Shown in pieces: positions 28,839 to 38,027 of a stretch of 60,039 nucleotides of DNA (the first letter of the stretch is position 1; each line of letters begins with the position of its first letter). The stretch covers positions 1-60,039 of the forward strand of contig CAYHAE010000007.1 of the NCBI GenBank assembly GCA_964354545.1, in the 5' to 3' direction. Source of the DNA: an uncultured Planctomycetia bacterium. GTDB taxonomy: Bacteria > Omnitrophota > Gorgyraeia > 2-01-FULL-45-10 > JAHFGN01. The notes beneath the pieces were generated by a model. That model did not search any database and was not told the origin of the DNA. It was given only the letters and a program-made list of their open reading frames with translations. Made by a program: the position numbers and the translations under genes.

Positions 28839-29390
28839 TTGAACCTCGCAAATAAACTTTCGATAGCGCGTATTATACTTATTCCGTTCTTCATCGCTTC
28901 CCTTATATATTCGCGGACAGACCTCGCCTTCGCCTTTTTCGCCCTCGCGATCGCGAGCGACGCCTTTGACGGGTTCATCGCGCGGACGAGGAATCAAAAG
29001 ACAAGGCTTGGGACATTCTTGGACCCCCTCGCCGATAAGCTCCTTCTCGTGAGCGCTTTCATCTGCCTCACCGTGTTCAAGAATCTTCCATCGGAGCTTC
29101 GGTTCCCTCCGTACGTGCCGATCATCATCATCAGCAGGGACGCGCTCATCGTGCTGGGCTCAGTCATGGTCTACATCATCGCGGGCGACATCACCATACG
29201 GCCTACGGCCAGCGGCAAGGTGACAACGTTTATTCAAATGCTCACCATCGCAAGCGTCCTTCTCCATTTTCCTTATTCCAATGTCATTTGGAACATCGCC
29301 GTTGCGATGACGGTGATCTCCGGGATCGATTACCTCATCATGGGAAGCAGGCTTCTTAACGGCAACCAGTGTTCATCAAAAAAGACCTGA
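28839..29390 (+). CDS. pgsA: CDP-alcohol phosphatidyltransferase (PgsA-like)
   Basis: DAFDGFIAR-x8-GTFLDPLADK motif and a multi-pass membrane protein. TTG start. Confidence 0.88.
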   Translation: MNLANKLSIARIILIPFFIASLIYSRTDLAFAFFALAIASDAFDGFIARTRNQKTRLGTFLDPLADKLLLVSAFICLTVFKNLPSELRFPPYVPIIIISRDALIVLGSVMVYIIAGDITIRPTASGKVTTFIQMLTIASVLLHFPYSNVIWNIAVAMTVISGIDYLIMGSRLLNGNQCSSKKT

Positions 29391-29396
29391 CGAGCG

Positions 29397-30035
29397 GTGG
29401 CCTCAACAATCTTCTTTATAGCGTCTGTCCTTTCGGCGTACCTCATCGGTTCTATGCCGTCGAGCTTCATCGTGGCGAGGCTCTCCAGGGGCCTCGACAT
29501 ACGCGATCACGGGAGCGGAAACGTCGGCGCGACGAACGTGTTGAGGGTTGTCGGAAAACTTCCGGCGCTCATCGTCCTTATTGCCGACATATCGAAAGGA
29601 GTGATCCCGGTCACTCTGATCGCGAATATGGCATATCCGCATATCGATTGGATCGACTGTGAATTCTATAAGGTACTTCTCGGGTCCGCCGCGATCGCGG
29701 GCCACGTCTGGAGCATTTTTTTGAATTTCCACGGAGGAAAGGGGATTGCCACGACAATGGGAGTCCTCGCTGCGCTCGGGCCTGCGATCTTCTGGCCATC
29801 CCTTCTCGTATGGTTTTTTATCTTTATCCTCACTCACTATGTGTCTGTGGCATCGATCGGATTTGGGATAGCACTGCCTCTCTTTTGCATAGTATTCAAC
29901 GAATCTGTTTTCATGACACTATTTACTGTAACACTCTGTTTTCTAAGCACTTATAGGCATCGCGAAAATATCAGGCGCCTGGTCAGAGAAGAAGAGCCAA
30001 AGACGTATATATTCAAGAAAAAAGTTAAGAATTAA
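29397..30035 (+). CDS. plsY: Glycerol-3-phosphate acyltransferase PlsY
   Basis: HGSGNVGATNVLR and GGKGIAT motifs. GTG start. Confidence 0.92.
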   Translation: MASTIFFIASVLSAYLIGSMPSSFIVARLSRGLDIRDHGSGNVGATNVLRVVGKLPALIVLIADISKGVIPVTLIANMAYPHIDWIDCEFYKVLLGSAAIAGHVWSIFLNFHGGKGIATTMGVLAALGPAIFWPSLLVWFFIFILTHYVSVASIGFGIALPLFCIVFNESVFMTLFTVTLCFLSTYRHRENIRRLVREEEPKTYIFKKKVKN

Positions 30036-30054
30036 AAAAGTAAGCATTATCCGC

Positions 30055-30083
30055 TTGACACAAATTTGACGTTCATGTATACT
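30055..30083 (+). promoter_or_regulatory. Consensus sigma-70 promoter (cTTGACA - 17 nt - TATACTtag)
   Basis: -35 at 30055-30060 and -10 at 30078-30083. The same extended motif, CTTGACA-N17-TATACTTAG, occurs at 49683-49715 (mraZ), and closely at 38121-38150. Confidence 0.7.
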
Positions 30084-30162
30084 TAGTCTTGAGATTGAAT
30101 AAGGTCATTTTTTATTCAGAGATATTAAAAAGATTTAAAAAGTAATAGGGCAGAGGTCTACG

Positions 30163-30534
30163 ATGAGAGAAGTGCTATTCAAGCACTTAACGTCAATCGA
30201 ATCAAGAAAGAAAGACATTTTCTTGAGAGAAGTCTTTGAAAAGGATGGTATCGTCGCGAAGACTGAGCGACGATATTTTTATTTTATAAAGGACATCTCT
30301 CGTGTAGAGGATGATGTAGAACTGCAGAATTGGGTGGAACTGCAGAATAAGGCGACTCCGCCCAAGAAAAGACATTTCCACATCTTGAAGGAGCATAATG
30401 ATGAGCTTGGGGAGGAAAGACTCATCTGCAAGGTTGCAGGAACGTTCTATGCTGTAGCAGGTAAAGAGGTTTATACCATAGCGTTCCTGCACTCCTTCAA
30501 GGTACTGCTCATGAAGGCAACGTTGCAAAAATAG
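30163..30534 (+). CDS. Orphan 123-aa protein, no family recognised
   Basis: ORF with an AGAGG RBS in a locally AT-rich segment. Contains the internal direct repeat VELQNWVELQN. No motif I can assign. Confidence 0.45.
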   Translation: MREVLFKHLTSIESRKKDIFLREVFEKDGIVAKTERRYFYFIKDISRVEDDVELQNWVELQNKATPPKKRHFHILKEHNDELGEERLICKVAGTFYAVAGKEVYTIAFLHSFKVLLMKATLQK

Positions 30535-30556
30535 CAGTCTACCGCAGGGGGGGATT

Positions 30557-30712
30557 ATGCCGCATTTGACGACAAGAAGGCTCCACAACATCTTCGGGAA
30601 GAAGGTCGTAAGGTTTTTCCTGTATAAGAAGGCAAAGAGGCTGTGTTCCGCAATAAATAGGGACATGGCTTTTTTTGAGGCCAGATTCCTGAAGACGAGA
30701 GCCCACGCATAG
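30557..30712 (+). CDS. Possible 51-aa highly basic small protein
   Basis: A G-run RBS (gggggggatt) precedes the ATG. Translation is MPHLTTRRLHNIFGKKVVRFFLYKKAKRLCSAINRDMAFFEARFLKTRAHA. It is below the ORF-track cut-off and competes with a 68-aa minus-strand ORF. Confidence 0.25.
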   Translation: MPHLTTRRLHNIFGKKVVRFFLYKKAKRLCSAINRDMAFFEARFLKTRAHA

Positions 30713-30759
30713 AAAGCCGTACGCGCCTTTTTTAGTTTCTATCAAAGAGGGAGACGGAA

Positions 30760-31833
30760 ATGCATAGGTACGCCATGTATGCCGTGCTTTTTTTTGTTTT
30801 CATCCTGCCCTGCGGATGTGCGGGTGCGGATGAACCCAGCCCTCCCCTGTCCGAATCCCCAAAAGATACCCCCCGAGACGGGTTTGTCCCGCCTGATACC
30901 TCCAGGACCTACGGCGATATGAATATGTACGCGGCGACCCGGTACGAAGAGATCGAGAAACGGCGGGCGTCGAATGGCAGCGACGTGGTTCGGAGCGCCT
31001 ACGGCGAAGACGGACGGCTCACGAGGGTCGAGTATGAGGGAGGAAGAGCAGTTGATTATAGCTATGCGCTGTCGAGTGACGGCGAAAGTATTCAAGAATG
31101 CGCTCTCGTCACGAAGGACCTGAAATCCGGGAAGCAGATTACGCTGAGGTTCATAGGGAGCGAAGACGGGCAGGTGAAGGCGCTGGAAATTTCAGAAGGT
31201 CCCGCTCAAGGCGCCGGTGAGGCCGAACCCGAGGTGCCCCGGAAGATCGCGGTCCCCTGCGACGATGCGACGCTACCTCTCGAACAGATCGCGACACAGC
31301 CTATCGGCAAGTCCCGCTTTTTTGAAGATGTCAAAAAGACGTGGGAAGACGCCTGGCAGAAGCTGGGAGAAGCGAAACGCGGCTACGATGAGGCCGTGGG
31401 CAAATACTGCGACGGGATCGATGAGGCGGTGAAAAGAAACAAGGACGCGCTGGACGCGGAAGGCGTGAGCACCTCCTTGATCATGAGCCATTTTACGGGA
31501 CCAGATGATGCCATGAAGGAGAGGTCTTTTGCGGTCAAGGTCGAGGCTATCCATGAGGCCGTCACCGCGGCGATCCCGCCGAAGGTCGACGCCCACGCCC
31601 CGGAGATGGCGACCGCGGCGCTCATGGAGACAGAACACTCCCTTTACTCGATAGTGAGAGGTTTTGAAGCCCGTTGCGTCGAAGAGTTCACCGCGACAAA
31701 GAGCGCCATCTATCAGATCATCGATGACCTGCAAGACTGCTATGCACAAGGCCTCGTCATGACGAACGGCGAGGAGCCTACGGAGGCCATTGTGATACTC
31801 CCCGCGCTCTCTGTGCACCCCGACAAAGAATAG
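30760..31833 (+). CDS. Secreted / lipoprotein-like protein with a YD-type motif
   Basis: Hydrophobic N-terminus followed by Cys residues (AVLFFVFILPCGCAG) and the YD-like segment AYGEDGRLTRVEYEGGRAVDYSY. The C-terminal half looks helical. No family recognised. Confidence 0.6.
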   Translation: MHRYAMYAVLFFVFILPCGCAGADEPSPPLSESPKDTPRDGFVPPDTSRTYGDMNMYAATRYEEIEKRRASNGSDVVRSAYGEDGRLTRVEYEGGRAVDYSYALSSDGESIQECALVTKDLKSGKQITLRFIGSEDGQVKALEISEGPAQGAGEAEPEVPRKIAVPCDDATLPLEQIATQPIGKSRFFEDVKKTWEDAWQKLGEAKRGYDEAVGKYCDGIDEAVKRNKDALDAEGVSTSLIMSHFTGPDDAMKERSFAVKVEAIHEAVTAAIPPKVDAHAPEMATAALMETEHSLYSIVRGFEARCVEEFTATKSAIYQIIDDLQDCYAQGLVMTNGEEPTEAIVILPALSVHPDKE

Positions 31834-31886
31834 TCCTCATCCCGCACCAACACATTCCGCTGCCAGAATAACACATGCTGACATTT

Positions 31887-31911
31887 TGAACAATCAATGA
31901 AGTATTGCGTA
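31887..31911 (+). promoter_or_regulatory. ECF-type promoter candidate (TGAAC - N16 - CGTA) upstream of the ECF sigma gene
   Basis: tGAAC at 31887-31891, a 16-nt spacer, then CGTA at 31908-31911. The AAC-N16-CGTA geometry resembles SigW/ECF consensus promoters. Confidence 0.4.
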
Positions 31912-32036
31912 CCTTTTCAAATAATACGCCCTTTCCAAAACGCCCCTTTCCTTTCCTCCGTCGTTCTGCTATAATCAATTTTGTTGGATTTTTTATCACG
32001 GTTTTGTGTTATAGATAAAGGGAGCATTGAGTTCTG

Positions 32037-32627
32037 ATGCCGGATTCTCCTGACGACAGGTCATTGGCGGAGAGGGCGAAGGCGGGCGATCGGAAAGCCT
32101 TTGATGAGCTCTACGCGAAGTACAAGAGGCCCATTGTCAATTTCGCGTACAGGATGATAGGAAACAGACAGACGGCAGAGGAGATAGCTCAGGAGACCTT
32201 CATCAGGGTCTATATGAAGATCGCGCATTTCGACACGAGAGGAAAGGTCTCTTCGTGGATCTATGCCATCGCCTCAAACCTGGCCAAGAACGAATTGAGG
32301 GACAGGAAATATTTCCATGATATCCCGCTCGAGACCCCCGTCGCAGGCGGAGACCGGGCGGTGAGCCTGTGGCAGGTGATCGCGGATGGGCATGCAAGGC
32401 CTGACCAGGAGATTCAGGCGAGAGAGAGGGAGGAATCCATACAGAAAGTGCTGGATTCCATTCCGCTGAGATACAGGGACGTGCTTGTACTTTGCGACAT
32501 ACAAGGGCTTTCATACGAAGAGGTCTCCGGGGTCCTGGGGTGCCCCGTGGGGACGATCGCGTCGAGGCTGAGCAGGGCGAGGTGCATATTCATGAAGCGG
32601 TTCGGCGGCCAATTCAGGGAAGGATAG
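32037..32627 (+). CDS. ECF (group 4) RNA polymerase sigma factor
   Basis: Region 2 (FDELYAKYKRPIVNFAYRMIGNRQTAEEIAQETFIRVY) and region 4 (RDVLVLCDIQGLSYEEVSGVLGCPVGTIASRLSRAR). 196 aa. Confidence 0.9.
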   Translation: MPDSPDDRSLAERAKAGDRKAFDELYAKYKRPIVNFAYRMIGNRQTAEEIAQETFIRVYMKIAHFDTRGKVSSWIYAIASNLAKNELRDRKYFHDIPLETPVAGGDRAVSLWQVIADGHARPDQEIQAREREESIQKVLDSIPLRYRDVLVLCDIQGLSYEEVSGVLGCPVGTIASRLSRARCIFMKRFGGQFREG

Positions 32628-32642
32628 AGAACGTGAGGTCTC

Positions 32643-34109
32643 ATGAGACATCGGGTATCGATTAAGAAGGTCTCCAGATTCGCGGACGGCATGTGCGCAG
32701 GAAGGGCCAAGGAGGTCCTTGAGGCGCACATCGATGGCTGTGCGGTATGCCAGGAGAACCTTTCGATCATAAAGAACTACAAGCTCCTGTTGGGCCGTCT
32801 CGATACCATTCGGGAGTCCGAAGGTTTTGACTTTGAATTCAGGAGAAAGCTTGACGAGGTGATCGCCCGCTCGCGTCTCAAAAGGACCTCTGCGGGCGAC
32901 ATCATACCCAGGATGCTCGAGACCCTCGGCCGGATCGCCCTCCCGCGCACGCCCGTTCTCATTCGGGCAACCCTCTCGCTATTCTTCGTGATAGCGGCGG
33001 GGGTCCTTACCTTCTGCTGCACGAGCGTGGAATTGCCGGCGGTGGTATCGGCAACCGGGTCCGCGAAGATCTACAGCGCTCGCTACGCCAGCCAGAGGGA
33101 TATGAGCGCAGGCGTGGCGATGAAGGTCGAGAAAGGGGATGTCATAACGACAGGGCCGGGTTCGACGGTCGATATCGAAGTCCCGAGCCGCTTTGCGTTG
33201 AGGGTGAAGGAGAAGACAACGTTAAAGGTCGCGCGCCTGGGACATCGCTTCTGGGGCGACGGGTGTGCGTTCGACTTGGCAAACGGCAGGACGCTCGTGA
33301 GGATAGATAAAAGGAGAGATGGCTCTGAGGTCATCATCAGGACGCCGGCATTGGAGGCGAGCGCACTAGGGACGAAATTCTTGGTAGAGGCGTCTCAAAG
33401 GGATAAAGGCAGGACGAAGGTCGGGGTCTTGGATGGTTCCGTGGCGGTGAGGAAGAGCGCAGGGCGCCCCGCCGGAAGTCCGGGTGAGGCGGAGGTGGTA
33501 TTGAGCGCGGGACAGAAGATAGAGGGCATTATGGGAGGGCCGCTCGGCCAGCCAGGCAGACTTGTCGAGGCAGAATGGGAAGAGCTCGAGGAGCTTTATC
33601 AGATAGGGAAGAAGCCGTTGGTAGTTCTCCTCGTGAGGAATACACCCATGAGGGTGAGGGAGCTCCTGAGACCGTGCCCGATCTACTTTTATGATGAAAA
33701 ACCGAGAGAGTTGCCGGAACTTTTTGGAAAGGCGCTCCGGTCTATAAACGAGGCGATAAAGACCGGGGATAAAAAGGCGCATCTCGACAGCATCCGCATT
33801 TTGGAAGAACTCGTATCGGCGCGTCCAAATCCAAAGTACGAACCTCAGCTGCAGCTCTTCATAGGGGCCTACTATGAGTATATAGGGTTGCACAAAGAAG
33901 CGATACAGTCGTTCCAAAAGGTTATTGATAAGTATCCTCAGGCGACATATGCAAGTATGGCAAAATGCGCGATCGCGTTGATCTATGAAGAGAAACTCAA
34001 TGACAGGCAAAGAGCAGAAAAGGAATTTCAGGAGATAATAAAGACGTATCCCTATAGTCTGGAGGCGAGGTTTGTTGAAGACAAGTTAGAAAATAAAAAA
34101 GTTAATTAA
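32643..34109 (+). CDS. Anti-sigma factor: zf-HC2, one TM helix, FecR-like periplasmic domain, C-terminal TPR
   Basis: H-x3-C-x2-C motif (HIDGCAVC) near the N-terminus, TM segment LSLFFVIAAGVLTFCC, a FecR-like beta-rich segment (GDVITTGPGSTVDIEV...LGTKFLVEA), and TPR-like helices at the end (IGAYYEYIGLHKEAIQSFQKVIDKYP). Confidence 0.75.
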   Translation: MRHRVSIKKVSRFADGMCAGRAKEVLEAHIDGCAVCQENLSIIKNYKLLLGRLDTIRESEGFDFEFRRKLDEVIARSRLKRTSAGDIIPRMLETLGRIALPRTPVLIRATLSLFFVIAAGVLTFCCTSVELPAVVSATGSAKIYSARYASQRDMSAGVAMKVEKGDVITTGPGSTVDIEVPSRFALRVKEKTTLKVARLGHRFWGDGCAFDLANGRTLVRIDKRRDGSEVIIRTPALEASALGTKFLVEASQRDKGRTKVGVLDGSVAVRKSAGRPAGSPGEAEVVLSAGQKIEGIMGGPLGQPGRLVEAEWEELEELYQIGKKPLVVLLVRNTPMRVRELLRPCPIYFYDEKPRELPELFGKALRSINEAIKTGDKKAHLDSIRILEELVSARPNPKYEPQLQLFIGAYYEYIGLHKEAIQSFQKVIDKYPQATYASMAKCAIALIYEEKLNDRQRAEKEFQEIIKTYPYSLEARFVEDKLENKKVN

Positions 34110-34217
34110 TACTTGGAATTTATATACTATTTAAGTGTTTTAATATGGTAGAGACTGGAAATAGACACTTTATTTTTTTGCCCGATTACAAAAAAGGTTA
34201 AAAAAGAAAGGGAAAAG

Positions 34218-37200
34218 GTGATGAAGATGAGGCCGATGAACCCAAAGACGCTGAAAATTCCGGGTGTAGCGGTGCTAGTATTTTGTTCGATCGTCTTTAA
34301 TGCTCATGTGGCCGCTGCACAGGAAATTGTACCTGATGGGAGAAGTGTTGAAAACCGTTTCGCGAGCTGGTTGGATACGACATCGCTTCTTGACCCATTC
34401 GGCGGCGCCCAAGACACGCCATTTTGGGCGGGAAAAGGCGGCGCCGCTCAAGGTCAAACCCGAACACGCTTCAACCTTCAGGTCGGGGTGGGCCGAGGAG
34501 TTGACGAACGAGAATGGTGGGAGTTGACAGGTTCCAACAGCCGGCACGGCATCGCGAAACTGAACCACTTTGGCCTTCCTCTGCGAGGCCCTGAGAGCAA
34601 GATCTTACGCATGCTCAACGGGGACGAAAAGAAGCACGATGCGAAGCTCTTTTCGGACGCCGTCGAGGACCTGGGTATGCGGGGCACGCATAAGAAGTGG
34701 ATCGACCTTACCTATCGAAAAGTGGAGTATGTCTATGCAGAAGATGGTTCAACACCGGCAGGAATAGTGGAAATCGTACAGGACGGCAAAGAGGTCCGCA
34801 TTGCGGAGATATGTGTGAAGGGAATGGTGTATTGGAATGAGTACGGTGAATCTCATGCGGGCCATCAATTGGTTGACGTATCGACGCCGGAGGAGAGAAA
34901 AGCCGGCATCGTGCGGTTTCAGACAGAACACACCCATGGGGAGGCCGTTCCATCAACGTTAGACGATATACCTGTGTACGTGCCCGAGGGGACAAAAGCG
35001 GTTACTGTGGATGGAATAGAAGTAACCAGGGCACCTGAAGTCCCCGCGTATAGAGAGCCCTCTATCGGGTGCGCCACCACGGTCCGGTATATCGATGAAG
35101 ACGGCTTTGACGTCATTGTAACGTTCGCAGGGATGCCGGTCTGGACGAACCTCCTCGTCTCCGCATCCGTTCACGAAGGCGTATTCTACGGGATCGAGGC
35201 AGGCGGGATGGTCACAAAGGCGCATAACGAATACGACAGGAGCGGCAGGAAGGTGTGCGGGCTTATGAAGACGGTGAGATTCGACAGGGAAGGGAAACCA
35301 ACCGGCACCGAGGTGACGAGAGAGAGTTTCCAGTACAATGCAAAGGGAGACCTCATTTACGGGACAACCGTACGGGAGGCAGACGGAAAACTCGCGTCGG
35401 TGAGGTGGAGCAGCTATCTCTATGCGAGGGACGGAAAGCTCTTTATGAAGATCCTGAACGAGCTTCACTACGCGACAGACGGTACGGTCATCTCGTCCAC
35501 TCAGGAGCAGACCGCCTTCGACAGCGAGGGGCGCGAAATCCGTTACACCCTCGTCATCTACGAAAAGGGCCAGATGTCCCGCACGATCAAGAGGGTGACC
35601 GCATACAATGAAAAGGGAGATGTCATCTATTACCTGAATGAGGAGGTCGTATGTGACGGAGACGGGAATGAGAGGTATTCAACGAGGCTCAAGAAGGCTG
35701 TGAGGTTTGTTGCGGTAGGCGGGGAATACGTAAAAGAGGAGATGGAGGAGTATGCGTACAAGAGCGGCACATGGGCAAGCACCGAGACACGCATGCGAAG
35801 GTTTGACGGCGTCGGGAGGCTCGTGTACGACTATCTGTGCCAAAAAAATGAGGAGTATGCATATGAACGCATAGAAAGTCTCTCATTCCGCGATGAAACG
35901 GGAGGCTATTCTCATTCGGTGACGGCTGCCGCATATGGCAAAGACGGGGCCGTCCTATGGCGTACTCGCGAAGAGGAAGAGTTCACCTATGACGATAACG
36001 GAAAGCCGTTGAAGAATAGGAGCTTTAACCAGCGCCAGCAGACCTTCCGGGGTGAACTTGTGACCGTCTATGAAATCGAGACCACCACGGAGTATGAGTA
36101 CGACGCGGATGGCGACATAACGAAAGAGCATGAGTACGGGTACTGGTTCTCTACGTATGTCGATCCGTATTTCGACAACAGGAAGACGCTTCTCTATGGT
36201 ATTGTGAACGGGGCGAAAAAGCTGCTCCGCCTCCACTCGTCACGGGTGAGCGCTCAAGACAAGGGTTTCACCCGCCTCGAATATTCCGAGGAGTTCGATT
36301 GCGTCTATACGTATGATAAAAAGACAGGGAATATAGTGAGAGAATACGGGAACTCCAGAAAGGAGAATTACGATCAGGCGGGCGCTCTCTACTATAAAAG
36401 TACGATAGAACACGACTACACGTACGGATACGATGGGGCGACAGGGAAGGTCGTGAATGAGAAAAAGACGATCGTTGAGACTCACGACTGGCTCCCGCAG
36501 GGTACCGCGAGCCGCTCCGTGACCAACGAGGATACCGTGTATGCGTATGACGCCGCAACGAAGGCGCTTACGGGCGTGGACAAGGCAGTCTCCTATACCT
36601 ACTCCTCGACGTACGATCTCAACCCGGAGAGCTATTACACGTTCACCCGCGAGACACGGATACAGGAGCTATACGCGGACGGTAATCCCGTGAGCAAGTC
36701 GACGGTCGAGGTCTGCAATGGGCAAATGAATTTTGTTGAGCTGGTCTCATTCGCGTATTACGAAAACGGCCAGGAGGAGACGATGTCGCGGCATTCGGAA
36801 AGGTCATGGGACGGGATAGTCTACTCCTCGGAGGATGAGGTCATGCAGCATAATGCGCAGGGTAAGGTCCTCCTGCATTCCATAGAATCAACGGACGGGA
36901 AGATCTATCATGAAAAGCGCACCTATGGTGAGGACGGGACAACGCTCTTGACCCGGGATGTCGTGTCAGAGGACCCGTATCGTTTCATCATTTTACATCA
37001 TGTCGATAGAGAGATAGGTGAGTTATCCGGCGCTCAAGAGGCAAAGAGCGTGATGGCCGACCTCGCCCCTCTCTATCCAAAAGCGGGTGCCGGCCGCTAT
37101 GAATTGCACGAACGATATCTCCCGGATGGAAAGTGTGCGTATAGAGAGGAGAAGTCCGAAGACGGCGGTGCGTGGCGCTGGGGCGGCCCGCGCTCTTCCC

Positions 37201-38027
37201 AGTCTATCGAAAAGTGGGATTATACCGAAAGCGGCACCCTTACCCATTACGAAAAGGAGTATTCTGTCCGTTATAGCCCCTGGCGGTTCTTCTGGCTGTC
37301 CGATGCAGGGTCCGCGGGGACGAGTGACGATGGGACGATGGCTGCGTCTGTGAACGGAAGCATTGTCATGCTGCCGCCGATCGATAAATATCCGGGCTAC
37401 GGAACAGTGGATTACACGTTAAAGATCGAACGCGACTACGACTCGGCGACGGGCAGGCTTTTGAGGGAGGAATATTCATTAAAGGGGTACCAGGGAGCCC
37501 GCGGGGGGTGGGAGGTGCTCGCAAAGGAGATAACGGACGGGAGAAAGGATATACCCGGCATACCGGAGGATCTCACGAGCTTGATCAACGGCATCACCAA
37601 CTACTTCTCCTCGCTCGGTTCCGATTACGGATATCGATATACCGACCAGAAGATGGCGATCGAGCATGGGGATGGGACAACCTCAATAAAATGTGTGGTA
37701 AATGACAGTGAAGGAAAGATGCTCTCTGCTTTCTTCGGCACCATTACGCATGATAAGAATGGTAAAATAAAGGCGTTTACGCTCTCCTACGCCGGCGAGG
37801 GGCAAGAGAGGTGGCAGGCGATGATAGAGGGCTTGAAGGGCCTTTTCCCCGATATTGATTTTGGAATCGCCGGAAAGACGGAGAACGCGACAGAGGCGCC
37901 GTATACTGCGACAAAGGGAGAAATAGACGCGAGGCTCGCTGCCGAGGCGGCATGCAGAAGCCAGGCGGAAGGGCTTACCCGCGAAATGGAAAAGCGTAAA
38001 GACCTGTACGAAACCCTGGCGCAATAG
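34218..38027 (+). CDS. 1269-aa secreted protein built of degenerate YD (RHS-type) repeats, with no recognisable RHS core or toxin tip
   Basis: Signal peptide (VLVFCSIVFNAHVAAAQE), then about 20 motifs of the form Y/F-x-Y/F-D/N-x-x-G-x-hydrophobic. Examples: FTYDDNGKPL, YEYDADGDIT, YTYDKKTGNIV, YGYDGATGKVV, YAYDAATKAL, RDYDSATGRLL, RRFDGVGRLVY. Confidence 0.8.
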   Translation: MMKMRPMNPKTLKIPGVAVLVFCSIVFNAHVAAAQEIVPDGRSVENRFASWLDTTSLLDPFGGAQDTPFWAGKGGAAQGQTRTRFNLQVGVGRGVDEREWWELTGSNSRHGIAKLNHFGLPLRGPESKILRMLNGDEKKHDAKLFSDAVEDLGMRGTHKKWIDLTYRKVEYVYAEDGSTPAGIVEIVQDGKEVRIAEICVKGMVYWNEYGESHAGHQLVDVSTPEERKAGIVRFQTEHTHGEAVPSTLDDIPVYVPEGTKAVTVDGIEVTRAPEVPAYREPSIGCATTVRYIDEDGFDVIVTFAGMPVWTNLLVSASVHEGVFYGIEAGGMVTKAHNEYDRSGRKVCGLMKTVRFDREGKPTGTEVTRESFQYNAKGDLIYGTTVREADGKLASVRWSSYLYARDGKLFMKILNELHYATDGTVISSTQEQTAFDSEGREIRYTLVIYEKGQMSRTIKRVTAYNEKGDVIYYLNEEVVCDGDGNERYSTRLKKAVRFVAVGGEYVKEEMEEYAYKSGTWASTETRMRRFDGVGRLVYDYLCQKNEEYAYERIESLSFRDETGGYSHSVTAAAYGKDGAVLWRTREEEEFTYDDNGKPLKNRSFNQRQQTFRGELVTVYEIETTTEYEYDADGDITKEHEYGYWFSTYVDPYFDNRKTLLYGIVNGAKKLLRLHSSRVSAQDKGFTRLEYSEEFDCVYTYDKKTGNIVREYGNSRKENYDQAGALYYKSTIEHDYTYGYDGATGKVVNEKKTIVETHDWLPQGTASRSVTNEDTVYAYDAATKALTGVDKAVSYTYSSTYDLNPESYYTFTRETRIQELYADGNPVSKSTVEVCNGQMNFVELVSFAYYENGQEETMSRHSERSWDGIVYSSEDEVMQHNAQGKVLLHSIESTDGKIYHEKRTYGEDGTTLLTRDVVSEDPYRFIILHHVDREIGELSGAQEAKSVMADLAPLYPKAGAGRYELHERYLPDGKCAYREEKSEDGGAWRWGGPRSSQSIEKWDYTESGTLTHYEKEYSVRYSPWRFFWLSDAGSAGTSDDGTMAASVNGSIVMLPPIDKYPGYGTVDYTLKIERDYDSATGRLLREEYSLKGYQGARGGWEVLAKEITDGRKDIPGIPEDLTSLINGITNYFSSLGSDYGYRYTDQKMAIEHGDGTTSIKCVVNDSEGKMLSAFFGTITHDKNGKIKAFTLSYAGEGQERWQAMIEGLKGLFPDIDFGIAGKTENATEAPYTATKGEIDARLAAEAACRSQAEGLTREMEKRKDLYETLAQ

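Noticed and set aside
30202-30745. Minus-strand ORFs of 154 aa (30202-30666) and 68 aa (30539-30745) in the AT-rich segment.
   Set aside because: They oppose the strong plus-strand promoter and RBS-preceded plus-strand ORFs. They lack RBS-like sequences and would be the only minus-strand genes in 57 kb. This is not rigorously excluded without expression data.
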